A DNA stretch of 64,000 nucleotides, from NCBI RefSeq assembly GCF_023910625.1, contig NZ_JAAVVW010000002.1, positions 294,024-358,023 of the forward strand, in the 5' to 3' direction. Source of the DNA: Limnohabitans sp. (GTDB lineage Bacteria > Pseudomonadota > Gammaproteobacteria > Burkholderiales > Burkholderiaceae_C). The position numbers and the translations under genes are program-made. This document shows positions 53,723-64,000 of the stretch, piece by piece; position 1 is the first letter of the stretch, and the number at the start of each line of letters is the position of its first letter. The notes beneath the pieces are model-generated. The model worked only from the letters and a program-made list of their open reading frames with translations, ran no database searches and had not been told where the DNA came from.

Positions 53723-54417
53723 GGCGTGTCTCCTTCAAAAGGGATGGCAATAGAGGTGGGTACAGATTCAGGGCTGACCCGTTGCAACAAGTGCGCATGC
53801 ACTGCGCCCGCCTTCAGGTGGCGCTCGCATTGCAAGCCCAAAGCACCCAGCGCCTCGGCAGGCCAGGCCACAGGCGCTTCCAGGTAAATCCAGCCCCCCA
53901 CAGGCACGGCCCGGGCGGCGGCTTTCAAAGCGGGCTCAAACCAGGGGCCATCAAAAGGCGGGTCGATGAAGACCAGGTCCACACTGCCCGCAGGCACACG
54001 GCCCAACGTGCTCACGGCGTCGCCGCGCTGCACACTGACCATGCTGGCTTTCAGGCGGGTGGCGTTGTCTTGTATATCGCGCACCAGCACGGCGTCTTGC
54101 TCGACCATCAGCACATGGGCCGCGCCACGCGATGCAGCCTCCAGGCCCAGCACGCCCGTGCCCGCAAACGCGTCCACGCAGCGCCAACCGCTCAGGTCCT
54201 GGCCCAGCCAATTGAACAAGGTCTCGCGCACCCGGTCGGGTGTGGGGCGCAAGCCCGGTTTATCGATCACCTTCAGGCGGGTGCGTCGCCACTGCCCGCC
54301 GATGATGCGGATCTCATGCGACGACGGGCCTTTGGGTACCGGGTTCTTCGGTTTTTTGGCGGCAGCGTGACGGGCTGCGCCGCTCAGTGGTGGACGTTTT
54401 GGGGGGACTGATGGCAT
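53719..54417 (-). CDS. rsmD: 16S rRNA (guanine966-N2)-methyltransferase RsmD
   Basis: IRIIGGQWRRTRL...RPTPDRVRETLFNWL...DAFAGTGVLGLEAASRGA...FIDPPF are RsmD signatures. Start uncertain (54417 or 54477). Confidence 0.85.
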   Translation of the reverse strand: MPSVPPKRPPLSGAARHAAAKKPKNPVPKGPSSHEIRIIGGQWRRTRLKVIDKPGLRPTPDRVRETLFNWLGQDLSGWRCVDAFAGTGVLGLEAASRGAAHVLMVEQDAVLVRDIQDNATRLKASMVSVQRGDAVSTLGRVPAGSVDLVFIDPPFDGPWFEPALKAAARAVPVGGWIYLEAPVAWPAEALGALGLQCERHLKAGAVHAHLLQRVSPESVPTSIAIPFEGDTP

Positions 54418-54463
54418 AGCTTGCGAGTGTAAAGGCCCAAAGCCTTGAAACCCGTCTTGTCTT

Positions 54464-55858
54464 TCAGGGTTGGCCACCCACCACCACAGTGACCATGCTT
54501 TCAGGCTGCAAGACCCGGGACATGGCGCGTTGAATATCGGCGGCGGTCACGCGCTCAATTTGCCGCGTCCAGTTGCTCAGGTAGTCCAGCGGCAGCCGGT
54601 TCCAGGCGATGTTGGCCACGTTGTCCAGCAGCTTGCGGTTGCTGTCGATGCGCAGCGCAAAGCCGCCCACCAGGTTGGACTTGGCCGCTTGCAATTCGGC
54701 CTCGGTCGGGCCCTGGCGCACAAAGTTTTGCACCACCTCTTGGGCCACGGCCACCGCTTGTGTGGCTTGGTCAGGGCGGGTTTGCAGGCCCACCGTGAAA
54801 GCCCCGGCGTGCAGGCCTGGCGCAAAACCGCTGTAAACGCTGTAACTCAGGCCGCGTTTTTCGCGCACCTGCTCGGTCAGGCGCGAGACAAAACCACCAC
54901 CGCCCAAAATGTGGTTGCCCACCAGCAGAGCAAAAAAGTCGGGGTCGGTGCGTTTGTAGCCGGGCTGGCCGATCAGCACATGGGCCTGGGCCGAATCGAA
55001 GGGCAAGTTCAGGTTCTGTGCGGCGGCCAAGGGGGGCACTTCGGGCACAGGCGGCAAGCTGGGGCAGCCTGATTCGCGGGGCCACTGCGCCAGCAGGCGC
55101 TGCACCAAGGCGTCGGCCTGAGCCCGGGTCAAAGCGCCCACCACACTCACCGTGGCGCGGCAAGCGCGCAAAGCCTGGGCGTGAAGGTTTTTCAGGTCTT
55201 GCACGCCGATGCGCGAGAGGGTCTCGGGTGTGGCCCGAAAACCGTAGGGGTGCGCGCCATATACCGCCTGCGCAAAACGGTGCTGCACCACCGTGCCGGG
55301 CTTGGTCAGCGATTCGCGGATGGAGGCACTGATGCGTTCGCGGTCACGCAGCCACATGGCCTCGGGAAAAGCCGGGTGCGCCATTTGTCGTGCGGCCAAA
55401 GCCACCGCTTGGTCCAGCAAGTCCGGGTAGCTCAGGCTGCGCAGGCCAAAGCTCATGCGGTCACCGCCCGCACTGCCCCCAAAGCTGGCGCCCAAGTCAG
55501 CCCAGGCTTCTCCGATCTGGTTTTCGTCCAGGGCTTGGGGGTACGGGCCTTGTCCTTGGGGTTCGGCGCGGGTGCCGTTCGCCATTTGCCCCGCCATGAC
55601 CGAGGCCAGGCCCGCCTGCGCCGCCGGATCGCGGCGGCTGCCTGCGTCGATGTCAATTTGCACATCGACCATGGGAATGGCGTGGCTCTCGACCAGGAAC
55701 ACGCGCGCACCGCTGGGCTGGGTCCAATGTTGAATGGGCAAGGACGCGTGCGCCCAACCCACCGCGCCCCAGCAGGCCAGCACCAAAGCTGAACGGCGCA
55801 AAGCCCGTGCGGTCATGGACAAGGAGGGCATCAAGAACATGGGGGGTGTGACTTTCAT
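54464..55858 (-). CDS. M16-family (pitrilysin-like) zinc peptidase subunit, probably the non-catalytic partner
   Basis: About 465 aa with a signal peptide. Insulinase-fold composition but no HxxEH. Paired with the upstream M16 gene. Confidence 0.75.
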   Translation of the reverse strand: MKVTPPMFLMPSLSMTARALRRSALVLACWGAVGWAHASLPIQHWTQPSGARVFLVESHAIPMVDVQIDIDAGSRRDPAAQAGLASVMAGQMANGTRAEPQGQGPYPQALDENQIGEAWADLGASFGGSAGGDRMSFGLRSLSYPDLLDQAVALAARQMAHPAFPEAMWLRDRERISASIRESLTKPGTVVQHRFAQAVYGAHPYGFRATPETLSRIGVQDLKNLHAQALRACRATVSVVGALTRAQADALVQRLLAQWPRESGCPSLPPVPEVPPLAAAQNLNLPFDSAQAHVLIGQPGYKRTDPDFFALLVGNHILGGGGFVSRLTEQVREKRGLSYSVYSGFAPGLHAGAFTVGLQTRPDQATQAVAVAQEVVQNFVRQGPTEAELQAAKSNLVGGFALRIDSNRKLLDNVANIAWNRLPLDYLSNWTRQIERVTAADIQRAMSRVLQPESMVTVVVGGQP

Positions 55859-55872
55859 GGGATGAGCGCGGT

Positions 55873-57303
55873 TCAATGTCGGGCACCTGGCGCGGCGCGG
55901 CGTGCACGGGGCTGGCCCGACAAAGGCTGAGGCAGCAAGGTGGCCACGGTCAGGTTGTCGTCACCAAAATACTTTTGCGCCACGGCCTGCACCTGAGCGG
56001 GCGTGACTTGCCGCAAGCGGGCGATCAGCTGCGCCCCGTAGTCGGGCGGCAGGCCCAGCGTCCAGGCCACGCCCAGCTCGCGGGCTTGGTTGAAGACCGA
56101 ATCGAGCTTGTAGATTTCGCTGGCCACCCATTGGGTTTTGACGCGCTGCAGCTCGGCGTCGTTCACGCCCTCGGTGGCCACGCGCTGCACTTGTGCGCGC
56201 AAGGCAGCTTCGAGTGCTTGTGGTGTTTGGCCTTTGGCAGGCACGCCTTCGAGATAAAAGAATTGCGGACCCCGGCCCATGAGGCCGTTGTACGCCCCGG
56301 CGCTGTCGGCCAGGCGGTTTTCGCCCTGCGTCAGGGCGCGGTCCAGGCGCGCGCCGCTGTAACCATCGAGCACAGCCGCCAGCACGGTCAAGGCCAGGGC
56401 ATCGTCATGCTCGGGGGAGGCCGCCAGACTAGCCAAGCGCGGCACCTTGAAGGCCAGGGCCACATACGACTGCTCGGCCGGGGCCTTGAACGCCAGGCGG
56501 CGCAGGCCTTGCTGCGCGGGCTCGTCCCGGGGTTTGCGCTCAGGCACCGCGCGGGTTGGGATGCTGCCGTAATACTTGTCGGCCAGCGCCTTGACTTGCA
56601 GCGGGTCCACATCGCCCGCCACCACCACCACCGCGTTGGCCGGGGTGTACCACTTGCGGTAAAAGTCGCGGGCGTCTTGTGGTGTCATGGCCTCCAGATC
56701 GCTCATCCAGCCCACGATGGGGCGGCGGTAGGGCGAAGCCGACAAAGCGGTGGCCGAGAGCATTTCGTGCAACTGGGCACGGGGGTTGTCGTCGGTGCGC
56801 AGGCGCCGCTCTTCTTTCACCACCTCCAACTCTTTGGCAAACTCTGCATCGGGCCACTGGTTGTTGGCAAAACGGTCCGACTCCAGACGCATCACGGCTT
56901 CGAGTTGGTTGGAGGGGATTTGCTGGAAGTAACCGGTGTAGTCCTTGGCGGTGAAAGCGTTTTCTCGCCCGCCCAGTGCCGCCACGCGGCGCGAAAACTC
57001 GCCCGGAGCCAATGTGGGCGTGCCTTTGAACAACATGTGCTCCAACACATGGGCCACGCCGCTGGTGCCATCCACCTCGTCCATGGAACCCACACGCAGC
57101 CACACCATGTGCACCGCGGTGGGGGCACGCCGGTCGGGTTTGACCCACAGAGCCATGCCGTTGGCCAAGGTGAAGGTGTGCACCTGGGCCGCGCTGGCTG
57201 CTGGGGCCTGGCCTGTGGGTTGTGGGGCCTGCGCCGTGGCGCTGAAGCTGCTGACCAGCAGGGCTGATGCCAGCGAAAGTCCCAAGAGAAAGTTCGGTTT
57301 CAT
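55873..57303 (-). CDS. M16-family zinc peptidase (HxxEH)
   Basis: Signal peptide MKPNFLLGLSLASALLVSSFSATAQA. GVAHVLEHMLFKGT is the inverted zinc motif. The 762-aa track ORF is an antisense extension over ftsY. Confidence 0.85.
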   Translation of the reverse strand: MKPNFLLGLSLASALLVSSFSATAQAPQPTGQAPAASAAQVHTFTLANGMALWVKPDRRAPTAVHMVWLRVGSMDEVDGTSGVAHVLEHMLFKGTPTLAPGEFSRRVAALGGRENAFTAKDYTGYFQQIPSNQLEAVMRLESDRFANNQWPDAEFAKELEVVKEERRLRTDDNPRAQLHEMLSATALSASPYRRPIVGWMSDLEAMTPQDARDFYRKWYTPANAVVVVAGDVDPLQVKALADKYYGSIPTRAVPERKPRDEPAQQGLRRLAFKAPAEQSYVALAFKVPRLASLAASPEHDDALALTVLAAVLDGYSGARLDRALTQGENRLADSAGAYNGLMGRGPQFFYLEGVPAKGQTPQALEAALRAQVQRVATEGVNDAELQRVKTQWVASEIYKLDSVFNQARELGVAWTLGLPPDYGAQLIARLRQVTPAQVQAVAQKYFGDDNLTVATLLPQPLSGQPRARRAAPGARH

Positions 57304-57331
57304 AGAATGCATGATCCTTGAAATCCACGAC

Positions 57332-58378
57332 ATGTTCAGTTTCTTCAAAAAAAAATCCCCCCCGGTCGAGGTGCCATCGCCTCCCGCAACGCCTGCGCGC
57401 CCTTTGTCACAACCTGCCGCACCCACGCCGACGCCCGCGCCCACGCCCGCGCAGCCTGAACCCGCGCCCACCCCAGCCGCCCGCCAGGGCTGGATGGATC
57501 GCCTGAAAGCGGGTCTGCGCAAAACCGGCTCCAGCATCACCACCGTCTTCACCGGCACGCGCATCGACGACGAACTGTACGAAGAGCTGGAAACCGCGCT
57601 GCTGGTGGCCGACACCGGTGTCAAGGCCACGGAATATTTGCTGCAAGACCTCAAGCGCCGCGTCAAAGAGGCCAAGGCCACCGAGCCGTCGCAGGTCAAA
57701 ACCTTGCTGGCCGATGCCATCACCGACTTGCTGACGCCCCTGCAAAAGCCCCTGAGCATTGGCGACCATAAGCCCACCGTGATCATGGTGGCGGGCGTGA
57801 ACGGCGCAGGCAAAACCACGTCCATTGGCAAACTGACCAAGCACTTGTCCGACGAGGGCCTGAGCGTGCTGCTGGCTGCGGCCGACACCTTCCGTGCTGC
57901 GGCCAAAGAGCAACTGGCGGTTTGGGCCACCCGCAACACGGTGGAGATCGTCAGCCAACAAGGCGGCGACCCGGCCGCTGTGAGCTTTGACGCGGTGAGC
58001 GCGGGCCGCGCCCGGGGCCGCGATGTGGTGCTGGTCGACACGGCAGGCCGCCTGCCCACCCAAACGCATCTGATGGAAGAGGTCAAAAAGATCAAGCGCG
58101 TGGTGCAAAAGGCCGATGGCACGGCACCGCACGAGGTGCTGCTGGTGATCGACGGCAACACCGGTCAAAACGCGCTGGCCCAGGTGCGCGCCTTTGATGA
58201 CACGCTGGGCCTCACGGGCCTGATCGTGACCAAGCTGGACGGCACCGCCAAAGGCGGCGTGCTGTGCGCCATTGCCCGCGAAAAGCCAATTCCGGTGTAC
58301 TTCATCGGCGTGGGCGAGAAGCTGGAAGACCTGGAAACCTTCAACGCCCGCGAGTTTGCCCAGGCCCTTTTGAGCTGA
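57332..58378 (+). CDS. ftsY: Signal recognition particle receptor FtsY
   Basis: Pro/Ala-rich N-terminus followed by the NG domain: IMVAGVNGAGKTTSIGKL, DTAGRL, TKLDGTAKGG. Confidence 0.95.
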   Translation: MFSFFKKKSPPVEVPSPPATPARPLSQPAAPTPTPAPTPAQPEPAPTPAARQGWMDRLKAGLRKTGSSITTVFTGTRIDDELYEELETALLVADTGVKATEYLLQDLKRRVKEAKATEPSQVKTLLADAITDLLTPLQKPLSIGDHKPTVIMVAGVNGAGKTTSIGKLTKHLSDEGLSVLLAAADTFRAAAKEQLAVWATRNTVEIVSQQGGDPAAVSFDAVSAGRARGRDVVLVDTAGRLPTQTHLMEEVKKIKRVVQKADGTAPHEVLLVIDGNTGQNALAQVRAFDDTLGLTGLIVTKLDGTAKGGVLCAIAREKPIPVYFIGVGEKLEDLETFNAREFAQALLS

Positions 58379-58535
58379 ACACCCCGGTTGGCACCGTGGC
58401 CCAGCGCACAGACGGACCCCAGCTCCCCCTCTTAAAATCAGGGAAAACCCGAGGAACCTCAGACCCCCGAGGCCGTCCTTTAGCACTCCTCACCAGAGAG
58501 TGCTAATATTGGGGTATTCTGAAAGGAGTTCTGGT

Positions 58536-59468
58536 ATGTACGTTCAAACTGGTTCCCCCGCCACAGCCATCGCGCTGAGCAACCCCTGGGCGGTCGTGCC
58601 CTCGCTCGGCCACCTCGACGCCTACATCTCTGCGGTCAACCGCATGCCCATGCTCACCCTCGAGGAAGAGCAAGAGGCCGCCCGCCAACTCAAAGCCAAT
58701 GACGACCTCGAAGCCGCCCGCAAGCTGGTGCTCTCGCACCTGCGTTTGGTGGTGTCGGTGTCGCGCCAATACCTGGGCTACGGCCTGCCGCACGGCGACC
58801 TGATCCAGGAAGGCAATGTGGGCCTGATGAAGGCCGTCAAGCGCTTCGACCCTGATCAAGGCGTGCGCCTGGTCAGCTACGCGCTGCACTGGATCAAGGC
58901 CGAAATCCACGAGTACATCCTGAAAAACTGGCGCATGGTCAAAGTGGCCACCACCAAGGCCCAGCGCAAGCTGTTTTTCAACCTGCGCTCCATGAAGCAA
59001 GGCTACAAAGCCGATGCCGATGAAGGCACCCACCGCGACACCCTGACCCCCGACCAGGTGGATTCGATGGCGCACAGCCTGAACGTCAAGCGCGAAGAAG
59101 TGCGTGAGATGGAAATGCGCATGTCCGGTGGCGATGTGCTGCTGGACCCGGCCCCATCGGACGACGGTGAGCAGGCCTTTGGCCCCATTGCCTACTTGGC
59201 CGATGTGAACCACGAGCCCACCGCGATGATCGAAGCCCATGAGCGCGACGTGATGGCCAGCGACGGACTGGCCACGGCCCTCAATGCCTTGGACGAACGC
59301 AGCCGCCGCATCGTGGAAGAGCGCTGGCTCAAGGTCAACGACAACGGCTCGGGCGGCATGACCCTGCACGACCTGGCTGACGAGTACGGCGTCAGCGCCG
59401 AGCGCATCCGCCAAATCGAAGTGGCAGCCATGAAAAAAATGAAAAAAGCGCTGCTGGAAGTGGCCTGA
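58536..59468 (+). CDS. rpoH: RNA polymerase sigma-32 (heat-shock sigma factor)
   Basis: The RpoH box is ...KVATTKAQRKLFFNLRSMK. Sigma-70 regions 2 and 4 are present (DLIQEGNVGLMKAVKRFD; LHDLADEYGVSAERIRQIE). Confidence 0.95.
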   Translation: MYVQTGSPATAIALSNPWAVVPSLGHLDAYISAVNRMPMLTLEEEQEAARQLKANDDLEAARKLVLSHLRLVVSVSRQYLGYGLPHGDLIQEGNVGLMKAVKRFDPDQGVRLVSYALHWIKAEIHEYILKNWRMVKVATTKAQRKLFFNLRSMKQGYKADADEGTHRDTLTPDQVDSMAHSLNVKREEVREMEMRMSGGDVLLDPAPSDDGEQAFGPIAYLADVNHEPTAMIEAHERDVMASDGLATALNALDERSRRIVEERWLKVNDNGSGGMTLHDLADEYGVSAERIRQIEVAAMKKMKKALLEVA

Positions 59469-59898
59469 GCCTGCAGCAGTCGCCCACATGCGGACTGGCC
59501 ATCGGGTTGCAAGACAGGCTGACCCCGCCACTGCCGACCTTGTGCGAGGGGATGGATACACCCGGGCGAGATGTCCAGACACTTGCCAAAGTTGCTGAAC
59601 GAGGCTTCCCGATGGTTGCTGTCGATGGCTTGATTTTTGCTGATGCCCCACGGAAGGGCCGAGGCGCAAAGTCTCGACCTGAACAGGCGTCAAACGCACC
59701 GATATGCCCTTGAACACTTGGCCATAGGCGGTGTCGGCTTGGATGCGGTGCTTTTTCTCCAGCACCAGAATTTCACCCACCACATGCTCCCCGACATAGG
59801 TCCAGCCTGCCAACTCTGCCTGGCCACCTGCTCCGCACACCCCGCACTTGGTTAAGATGATGCCTTCTCAGTTCCCGCTTTTACTCAAGGACACTTTC

Positions 59899-60894
59899 AT
59901 GCCCCAAAAGACACTGACCCGTCGTGTTGCCCGTCGCCTTGCCCTGACTTGGCTTGCCGGCTTGGCCTCGTCCTTGGCCTGGGCCCAAACTCCGATCGCT
60001 TGGCCAAGCCAGACCGTGCGCATGGTGGTGGGTTTTCCGGCCGGCTCCAGCCCTGACCTGACCGCCCGCGCCTTGGCCGAACCACTGGCCAAAGCCTTGG
60101 GACAGAGCGTCATTGTGGAGAACAAGGTGGGGGCGGGTGGCAACATCGCTGCCGATTTCGTAGCCAAAGCTACCGATGGTCACACCTTGGGCCTGATGAT
60201 CAATGGGAATATGACGATCGCTCGCATCTTGAACCCCAAAGTGCCCTATGACCCGCTGAAGGACCTGGCCCCGATCAGCCTGATCGGTAAAGCCCCTCTG
60301 GTACTCACGGTGCCGACCAACGCCCCCGGCCAATCGGCCGCACAGTGGCTGAGCGAAGCGCAAAAAGCGGGTGACAAACTCAGCTATGCCTCGCCCGGAG
60401 TGGGCACTGTGGCCCATCTGGGAATGGAACTGCTCAAAACCAAAGCCGGGATTTCCCCTGTACACGTGCCTTATCCGGGCAATCCACAGATCATCACCGC
60501 CATGCTGGGTGGCCAGGTGCAAATGGCTTTGCTGCCACCGGCCATGTCTGCAGCTCAAGTCAGCAGCGGCAAGTTGCGCGCCATTGGCAGCTCCAGCAGC
60601 GGGCGCAGTCCTGTCGCCGCTGAAGTACCCAGCCTAACCGAGATCGGTGTGAAGGATTACCAACTGGAGATCTGGAACGCTTTAGCCGCACCCGCTTCTA
60701 TGTCCCCCGCCGTGGCCAGCAAACTGTCCGCTGTTGTCAGTGACATCGTGCGTACCCCAGAGATGCGGGCGCGCTTGTTCCAGCAAGGCTGGCAGGTGGT
60801 CGGCTCCTCCCCGGAAGGCCTGCGTCACCGCATTGAGGCAGACACCAAGGCCTTGGGCGAGATCATTCGAAATCAGAAAATAGAAGTGAACTGA
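59899..60894 (+). CDS. Bug/TctC-family periplasmic substrate-binding protein
   Basis: Tat/Sec-like signal (RRVARRLALTWLAGLASSLAWAQ) followed by WPSQTVRMVVGFPAGSSPDLTAR. Confidence 0.85.
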   Translation: MPQKTLTRRVARRLALTWLAGLASSLAWAQTPIAWPSQTVRMVVGFPAGSSPDLTARALAEPLAKALGQSVIVENKVGAGGNIAADFVAKATDGHTLGLMINGNMTIARILNPKVPYDPLKDLAPISLIGKAPLVLTVPTNAPGQSAAQWLSEAQKAGDKLSYASPGVGTVAHLGMELLKTKAGISPVHVPYPGNPQIITAMLGGQVQMALLPPAMSAAQVSSGKLRAIGSSSSGRSPVAAEVPSLTEIGVKDYQLEIWNALAAPASMSPAVASKLSAVVSDIVRTPEMRARLFQQGWQVVGSSPEGLRHRIEADTKALGEIIRNQKIEVN

Positions 60895-60928
60895 GGCCCA
60901 AACCGCCTTGCGCATGGGGCGGGCGGGC

Positions 60929-61522
60929 TCACTTGCCTGAAAGCAAGATTCTGGCGTCAGCTGCTAGAGCAGCGGCACCACTGGCGTGGCGGTTGTACAG
61001 ACGGATGCGCCCTTGCGGATCAAATGTGAAGCTGCCCGCCGAGTGGTCCATGCTGTAACTGGTGGGGGTTTTGCCATCGACCTTTTTGTAATAGATCTTG
61101 AAGTCCTTGGCTACCTTGGGCAACTGCTCAGGCGCAGGTCGCAACGCGACAAAATCATTGCCGAAATTGGCCACATAGGCCTTGAGCAATTCGGGCGCAT
61201 CACGCTCCGGGTCTATCGTGATGAAAATGCCTTGCAGCTTGCCCCCGTCTTCTCCCATCAATTGCTTGGCCTCTGCAATTTCCTGCAGGGCTGTCGGGCA
61301 AACATCGGGGCATTGTGTAAAACCAAAAAACACCACCACCACTTTGCCTGAAAAATCCTTCAGGGTGCGCACCCGGCCGTCCTGGTCACTCAGCTCCCAG
61401 CCTTGAGCATAATCCGCCCCGGTGATGTCCACTCCCCGAAAAGCCGGCTTGTCCTGACTGCATGCGCTCAGACCCAACAAGGACACCAGGCCCAAAGCTA
61501 ACCAAAAGGAACGGTTTTTCAT
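60929..61522 (-). CDS. SCO1/SenC-family copper chaperone
   Basis: Lipoprotein signal (LLGLSAC). FFGFTQCPDVCPT is the CxxxC motif and ...DHS... supplies the His. Adjacent to heme O / heme A synthase genes. Confidence 0.9.
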   Translation of the reverse strand: MKNRSFWLALGLVSLLGLSACSQDKPAFRGVDITGADYAQGWELSDQDGRVRTLKDFSGKVVVVFFGFTQCPDVCPTALQEIAEAKQLMGEDGGKLQGIFITIDPERDAPELLKAYVANFGNDFVALRPAPEQLPKVAKDFKIYYKKVDGKTPTSYSMDHSAGSFTFDPQGRIRLYNRHASGAAALAADARILLSGK

Positions 61523-61528
61523 GTGTCA

Positions 61529-62425
61529 TCAGAAAAGGTAATGATCCACCAGCAAGGCCGCAAACAAGGCGCTCAGGTGGATCAGTGAAAATCTAAAGGT
61601 CTTGCGCGCCAGTTCGTCAGAGTATTGCCGGTTTAAAGCCCAGGCATAGCCGATGAAGCCAAGGCTCAACACCACGGCCACGCTCAGATACAGCCAGGAG
61701 CTCATCCCGTAGACGAAGGGCATCAGGCACGAGGCCATCAAAACGAAGGTGTAGAGCAAAATCTGCAAGCGGGTGAATGCATTGCCGTGCGTGACAGGCA
61801 ACATGGGCAAACCCGACTTGCGATAGTCCTCGACCCGATACAGCGCCAGGGCCCAGAAATGCGGCGGCGTCCATAAGAAGATGATCAAGAACAGGATCAG
61901 GGCCTCGGGCCCCACCTGGCCCGTCATCGCAGCCCAACCCAGCACCGGGGGCATGGCTCCGCTGGCACCACCAATGACAATGTTTTGGGGCGTGAGCGGT
62001 TTGAGGATGACGGTGTAGACGACGGCGTAACCCACGAAAGTCGCAAAAGTCAGCCACATGGTGAGCGGATTGACCCACACATACAGCACAGCCGAACCCA
62101 CAGCGCACAACGCACCCGAGAACAGCAAAGCTTGCTGGTCACTGAGTTCGCCCTTGGCGGTAGGCCTCCAGGCGGTTCGCTTCATCTTGGCGTCAATGGT
62201 TTTTTCAACCAGGCAATTGAATGCTGCTGCCGCTCCTGCCACCAGCCAAATGCCCACACAGGCCCACAGGCCCAGTGTCAATTGGGCCAGGCTCGGCACA
62301 CCGGGTACCGCCAGCACCATGCCGATCAGGGCACAAAACACGATCAGTTGCACCACACGGGGTTTGGTCAGTGCGTAATACTGTCGCCAGGCAGACGCAG
62401 GCGTTGGAACAATGGCAGCGGTCAT
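61529..62425 (-). CDS. cyoE: Protoheme IX farnesyltransferase (heme O synthase)
   Basis: 298 aa. UbiA-family motifs (...[17 protein letters not shown]...). 4-nt overlap with the upstream heme A synthase gene. Confidence 0.9.
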   Translation of the reverse strand: MTAAIVPTPASAWRQYYALTKPRVVQLIVFCALIGMVLAVPGVPSLAQLTLGLWACVGIWLVAGAAAAFNCLVEKTIDAKMKRTAWRPTAKGELSDQQALLFSGALCAVGSAVLYVWVNPLTMWLTFATFVGYAVVYTVILKPLTPQNIVIGGASGAMPPVLGWAAMTGQVGPEALILFLIIFLWTPPHFWALALYRVEDYRKSGLPMLPVTHGNAFTRLQILLYTFVLMASCLMPFVYGMSSWLYLSVAVVLSLGFIGYAWALNRQYSDELARKTFRFSLIHLSALFAALLVDHYLF

Positions 62426-63651
62426 GCGGCAGGCCTTGAATCAGAGGAAAGGGGTGAAGAAGCGCGGGCACTGGAAGGTGTCGCCGATGGGGTCGTGGCA
62501 TCCACCCCCAAGTTGGTACTCAAAAAATCCGAGGAGCGTACTGCACGGCTGATGCACAGTGCCCAAGTCAACACCACCACCATGGCAGCAGCGCCCCCCG
62601 TATGCAACACAGCCGCCAGCAAGGGCCAGCCGAGCACCACATTGCTCAGGCCCGTTAGCAATTGCAAAGCCGACAAAGCCAGCAAGCCTTGTCCTGCGCC
62701 TTGCAGGCCGGGCAGCCGGCGCAAACGCCAGCCCACCACCACCAACACAGCCAACACCAACCATGCGGCACTGCGGTGCACGAAGTGAATGCTGACCAAA
62801 GCGTCAAAGGGCAGCAGTTGACCATCGGGTGTCATGCCCAGCTCACGCCAAACAGCAAAACCTTGCCAGTTCATCGCGGGCAGCCAGTGACCGTGGCAGG
62901 TAGGGAAGTCCGGGCAGGCCAGCACGGCGTAATTGGTGCTGACCCAACCACCCAAACCAATCTGCAACCAGAGCAGAACAAAGGCCAGCCAAAGGCCTCG
63001 GCGCACGCCAGTGGGCACCGATCGCGCAGCGGCCCCCTCGTAGCGCACAGCCTGCGCCATTAAGACCGCCAGCAGACCCACGCCAAACATCAGGTGCAAA
63101 GTCACGATGGCCGGGAACAACTTCATGGTGACCGTCAAGGCGCCAAAAGCACCCTGCAAACACACCCAAGCCAAAGTGAACCAGGGCCAAACCGGGTGCA
63201 GCAAAGGATCGGGCACTTGCCCCACCCGGATTTGCTGGCGTCGCAGCCACCAGGTCATGAGGGCCAGACTGAGAATGAGCACGCCCACACCCGTGGCCAG
63301 GTAGCGGTGCACCATTTCGATCCAAGCTTTGCTATGCGTGACTGGGCCTGTGGGCATGGCAGTCTGGGCGGCCGTGATTTCGACTTTGGCACCAATGGGC
63401 GTCGCGCTGCCGTAGCAGCCGGGCCAATCCGGGCAACCCAGGCCCGAATCGGTCAAGCGCGTGAACGCACCAAACAAAACCAGATCAAAGGTCACAAACA
63501 AGGTGATCAGGGTCAGCGCACGCAAACGTTGACTGGGCGTGGCGCTGCGTTGTTTCCAGAGCCACCAGGCCAAAGGAAAAGCCGCGACCGCCAAGCCCAC
63601 AGTCATCAACTGGAAAACCGGAGCGAGGTTATACAGTTCGACTTCGGTCAT
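62422..63651 (-). CDS. ctaA: Heme A synthase (COX15/CtaA family)
   Basis: Polytopic. ...[21 protein letters not shown]... and the conserved His-containing helices. Start at MTEVELYN (63651). Confidence 0.85.
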   Translation of the reverse strand: MTEVELYNLAPVFQLMTVGLAVAAFPLAWWLWKQRSATPSQRLRALTLITLFVTFDLVLFGAFTRLTDSGLGCPDWPGCYGSATPIGAKVEITAAQTAMPTGPVTHSKAWIEMVHRYLATGVGVLILSLALMTWWLRRQQIRVGQVPDPLLHPVWPWFTLAWVCLQGAFGALTVTMKLFPAIVTLHLMFGVGLLAVLMAQAVRYEGAAARSVPTGVRRGLWLAFVLLWLQIGLGGWVSTNYAVLACPDFPTCHGHWLPAMNWQGFAVWRELGMTPDGQLLPFDALVSIHFVHRSAAWLVLAVLVVVGWRLRRLPGLQGAGQGLLALSALQLLTGLSNVVLGWPLLAAVLHTGGAAAMVVVLTWALCISRAVRSSDFLSTNLGVDATTPSATPSSARASSPLSSDSRPAA

Positions 63652-63655
63652 CGCG

Positions 63656-64000
63656 TCAGCGTCCTGCCTTATCCCAAGACGACGAAGCCTTGAGCAAGCG
63701 CTCCAGATCACGCTTGGCCTTGGAGGCATTGGCCACATCCATGTGGGCGGGCAAGCGCATCATGAAATTTCCCATGGGGTCAATCACATACAAATGGTCC
63801 TGCAAGACATGGCCCTGTGCAGGACTGATCCAGCTGGTCACGGTGGCTTCATCGAGTCGAAACACATGGGCCATGTTCAAGGCGGGCAGCAGGCTCTCAG
63901 CCACGGGGGCCTGGTCGGTCACCAGCCACACACGGTCCAGCCGGTCTTTCTCACGGCCCAGCACTTCGCGCAGTTGACGCTGGAAGTAAAGGTTTTGCTG
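63656..64000 (-). CDS. Hypothetical protein of the cytochrome oxidase assembly cluster, 5' end outside the window
   Basis: The frame stays open to the window edge (…QQNLYFQRQLREVLGREKDRLDRVWLVTDQAPV…LYVIDPMGNFMMRLP…). Confidence 0.5.
   Translation of the reverse strand, partial: QQNLYFQRQLREVLGREKDRLDRVWLVTDQAPVAESLLPALNMAHVFRLDEATVTSWISPAQGHVLQDHLYVIDPMGNFMMRLPAHMDVANASKAKRDLERLLKASSSWDKAGR

Noticed and set aside
57304-58161. N-terminal 286 codons of the 762-aa minus-strand track ORF (55873-58161).
   Set aside because: The M16 peptidase clearly begins at the signal peptide MKPNFLLGL (57303). The upstream extension is antisense to ftsY and has a Ser/Thr/Ala/Pro-rich nonsense composition.
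59469-59898. Possible gene or remnant in the 430-bp gap after rpoH (minus-frame peptide …YVGEHVVGEILVLEKKHRIQADTAYGQVFKGISVRLTPVQ…).
   Set aside because: It is short, has no recognisable motif or start/RBS context, and belongs to an antisense ORF running into rpoH. The evidence is insufficient to annotate it.

Overview
High-GC betaproteobacterial chromosome segment. The Burkholderiales/Comamonadaceae assignment is an inference from Bug/TctC-family genes and the lolCD-recJ-coaD-rsmD-ftsY-rpoH-cox gene order. Ordinary core genes occupy 1-2.3 kb, 10.9-18.3 kb and 47.6-64 kb: quinone oxidoreductase, DMT transporters, GGT, TctABC-type transporter, TatD, LolCDE, RecJ, CoaD, RsmD, two M16 peptidases, FtsY, RpoH, Sco, and heme O / heme A synthases.

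There are two accessory regions.

(1) An IS-bracketed islet of about 8.5 kb (2.4-10.8 kb). It holds an IS4/IS1380-type IS, a truncated HEPN-like gene fragment, a ParD-like/ParE toxin-antitoxin pair, an orphan 985-aa type III-restriction Res-like helicase-nuclease with no Mod methyltransferase, a 314-aa unknown protein, and an IS630 element.

(2) A visibly more AT-rich island of about 29 kb (18.5-47.6 kb) encoding a divergent type III secretion injectisome: SctC, D, I, J, K-like, L, N, O, Q, R, S, T, U, V, plus a needle-like protein and a lytic transglycosylase. Unusual traits of this island:
- Two tandem sigma-54 enhancer-binding proteins, and three well-spaced TGGCA-N-TGC (-24/-12) promoters in front of T3SS or candidate-effector genes.
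- A MotA/MotB-type (ZorAB-like) proton-channel stator pair inside the sctIJK operon.
- An SctU that lacks the NPTH autocleavage motif.
- A candidate effector with an EF-hand-like loop followed by a GDPH self-cleavage motif.
- Several Cys-poor, Gly/Ser/Asn-rich candidate secreted proteins.
- A detached sctN.
- An IS remnant abutting the start of one regulator gene.

All functional calls come from motif recognition by eye on the supplied translations. No database search was run.
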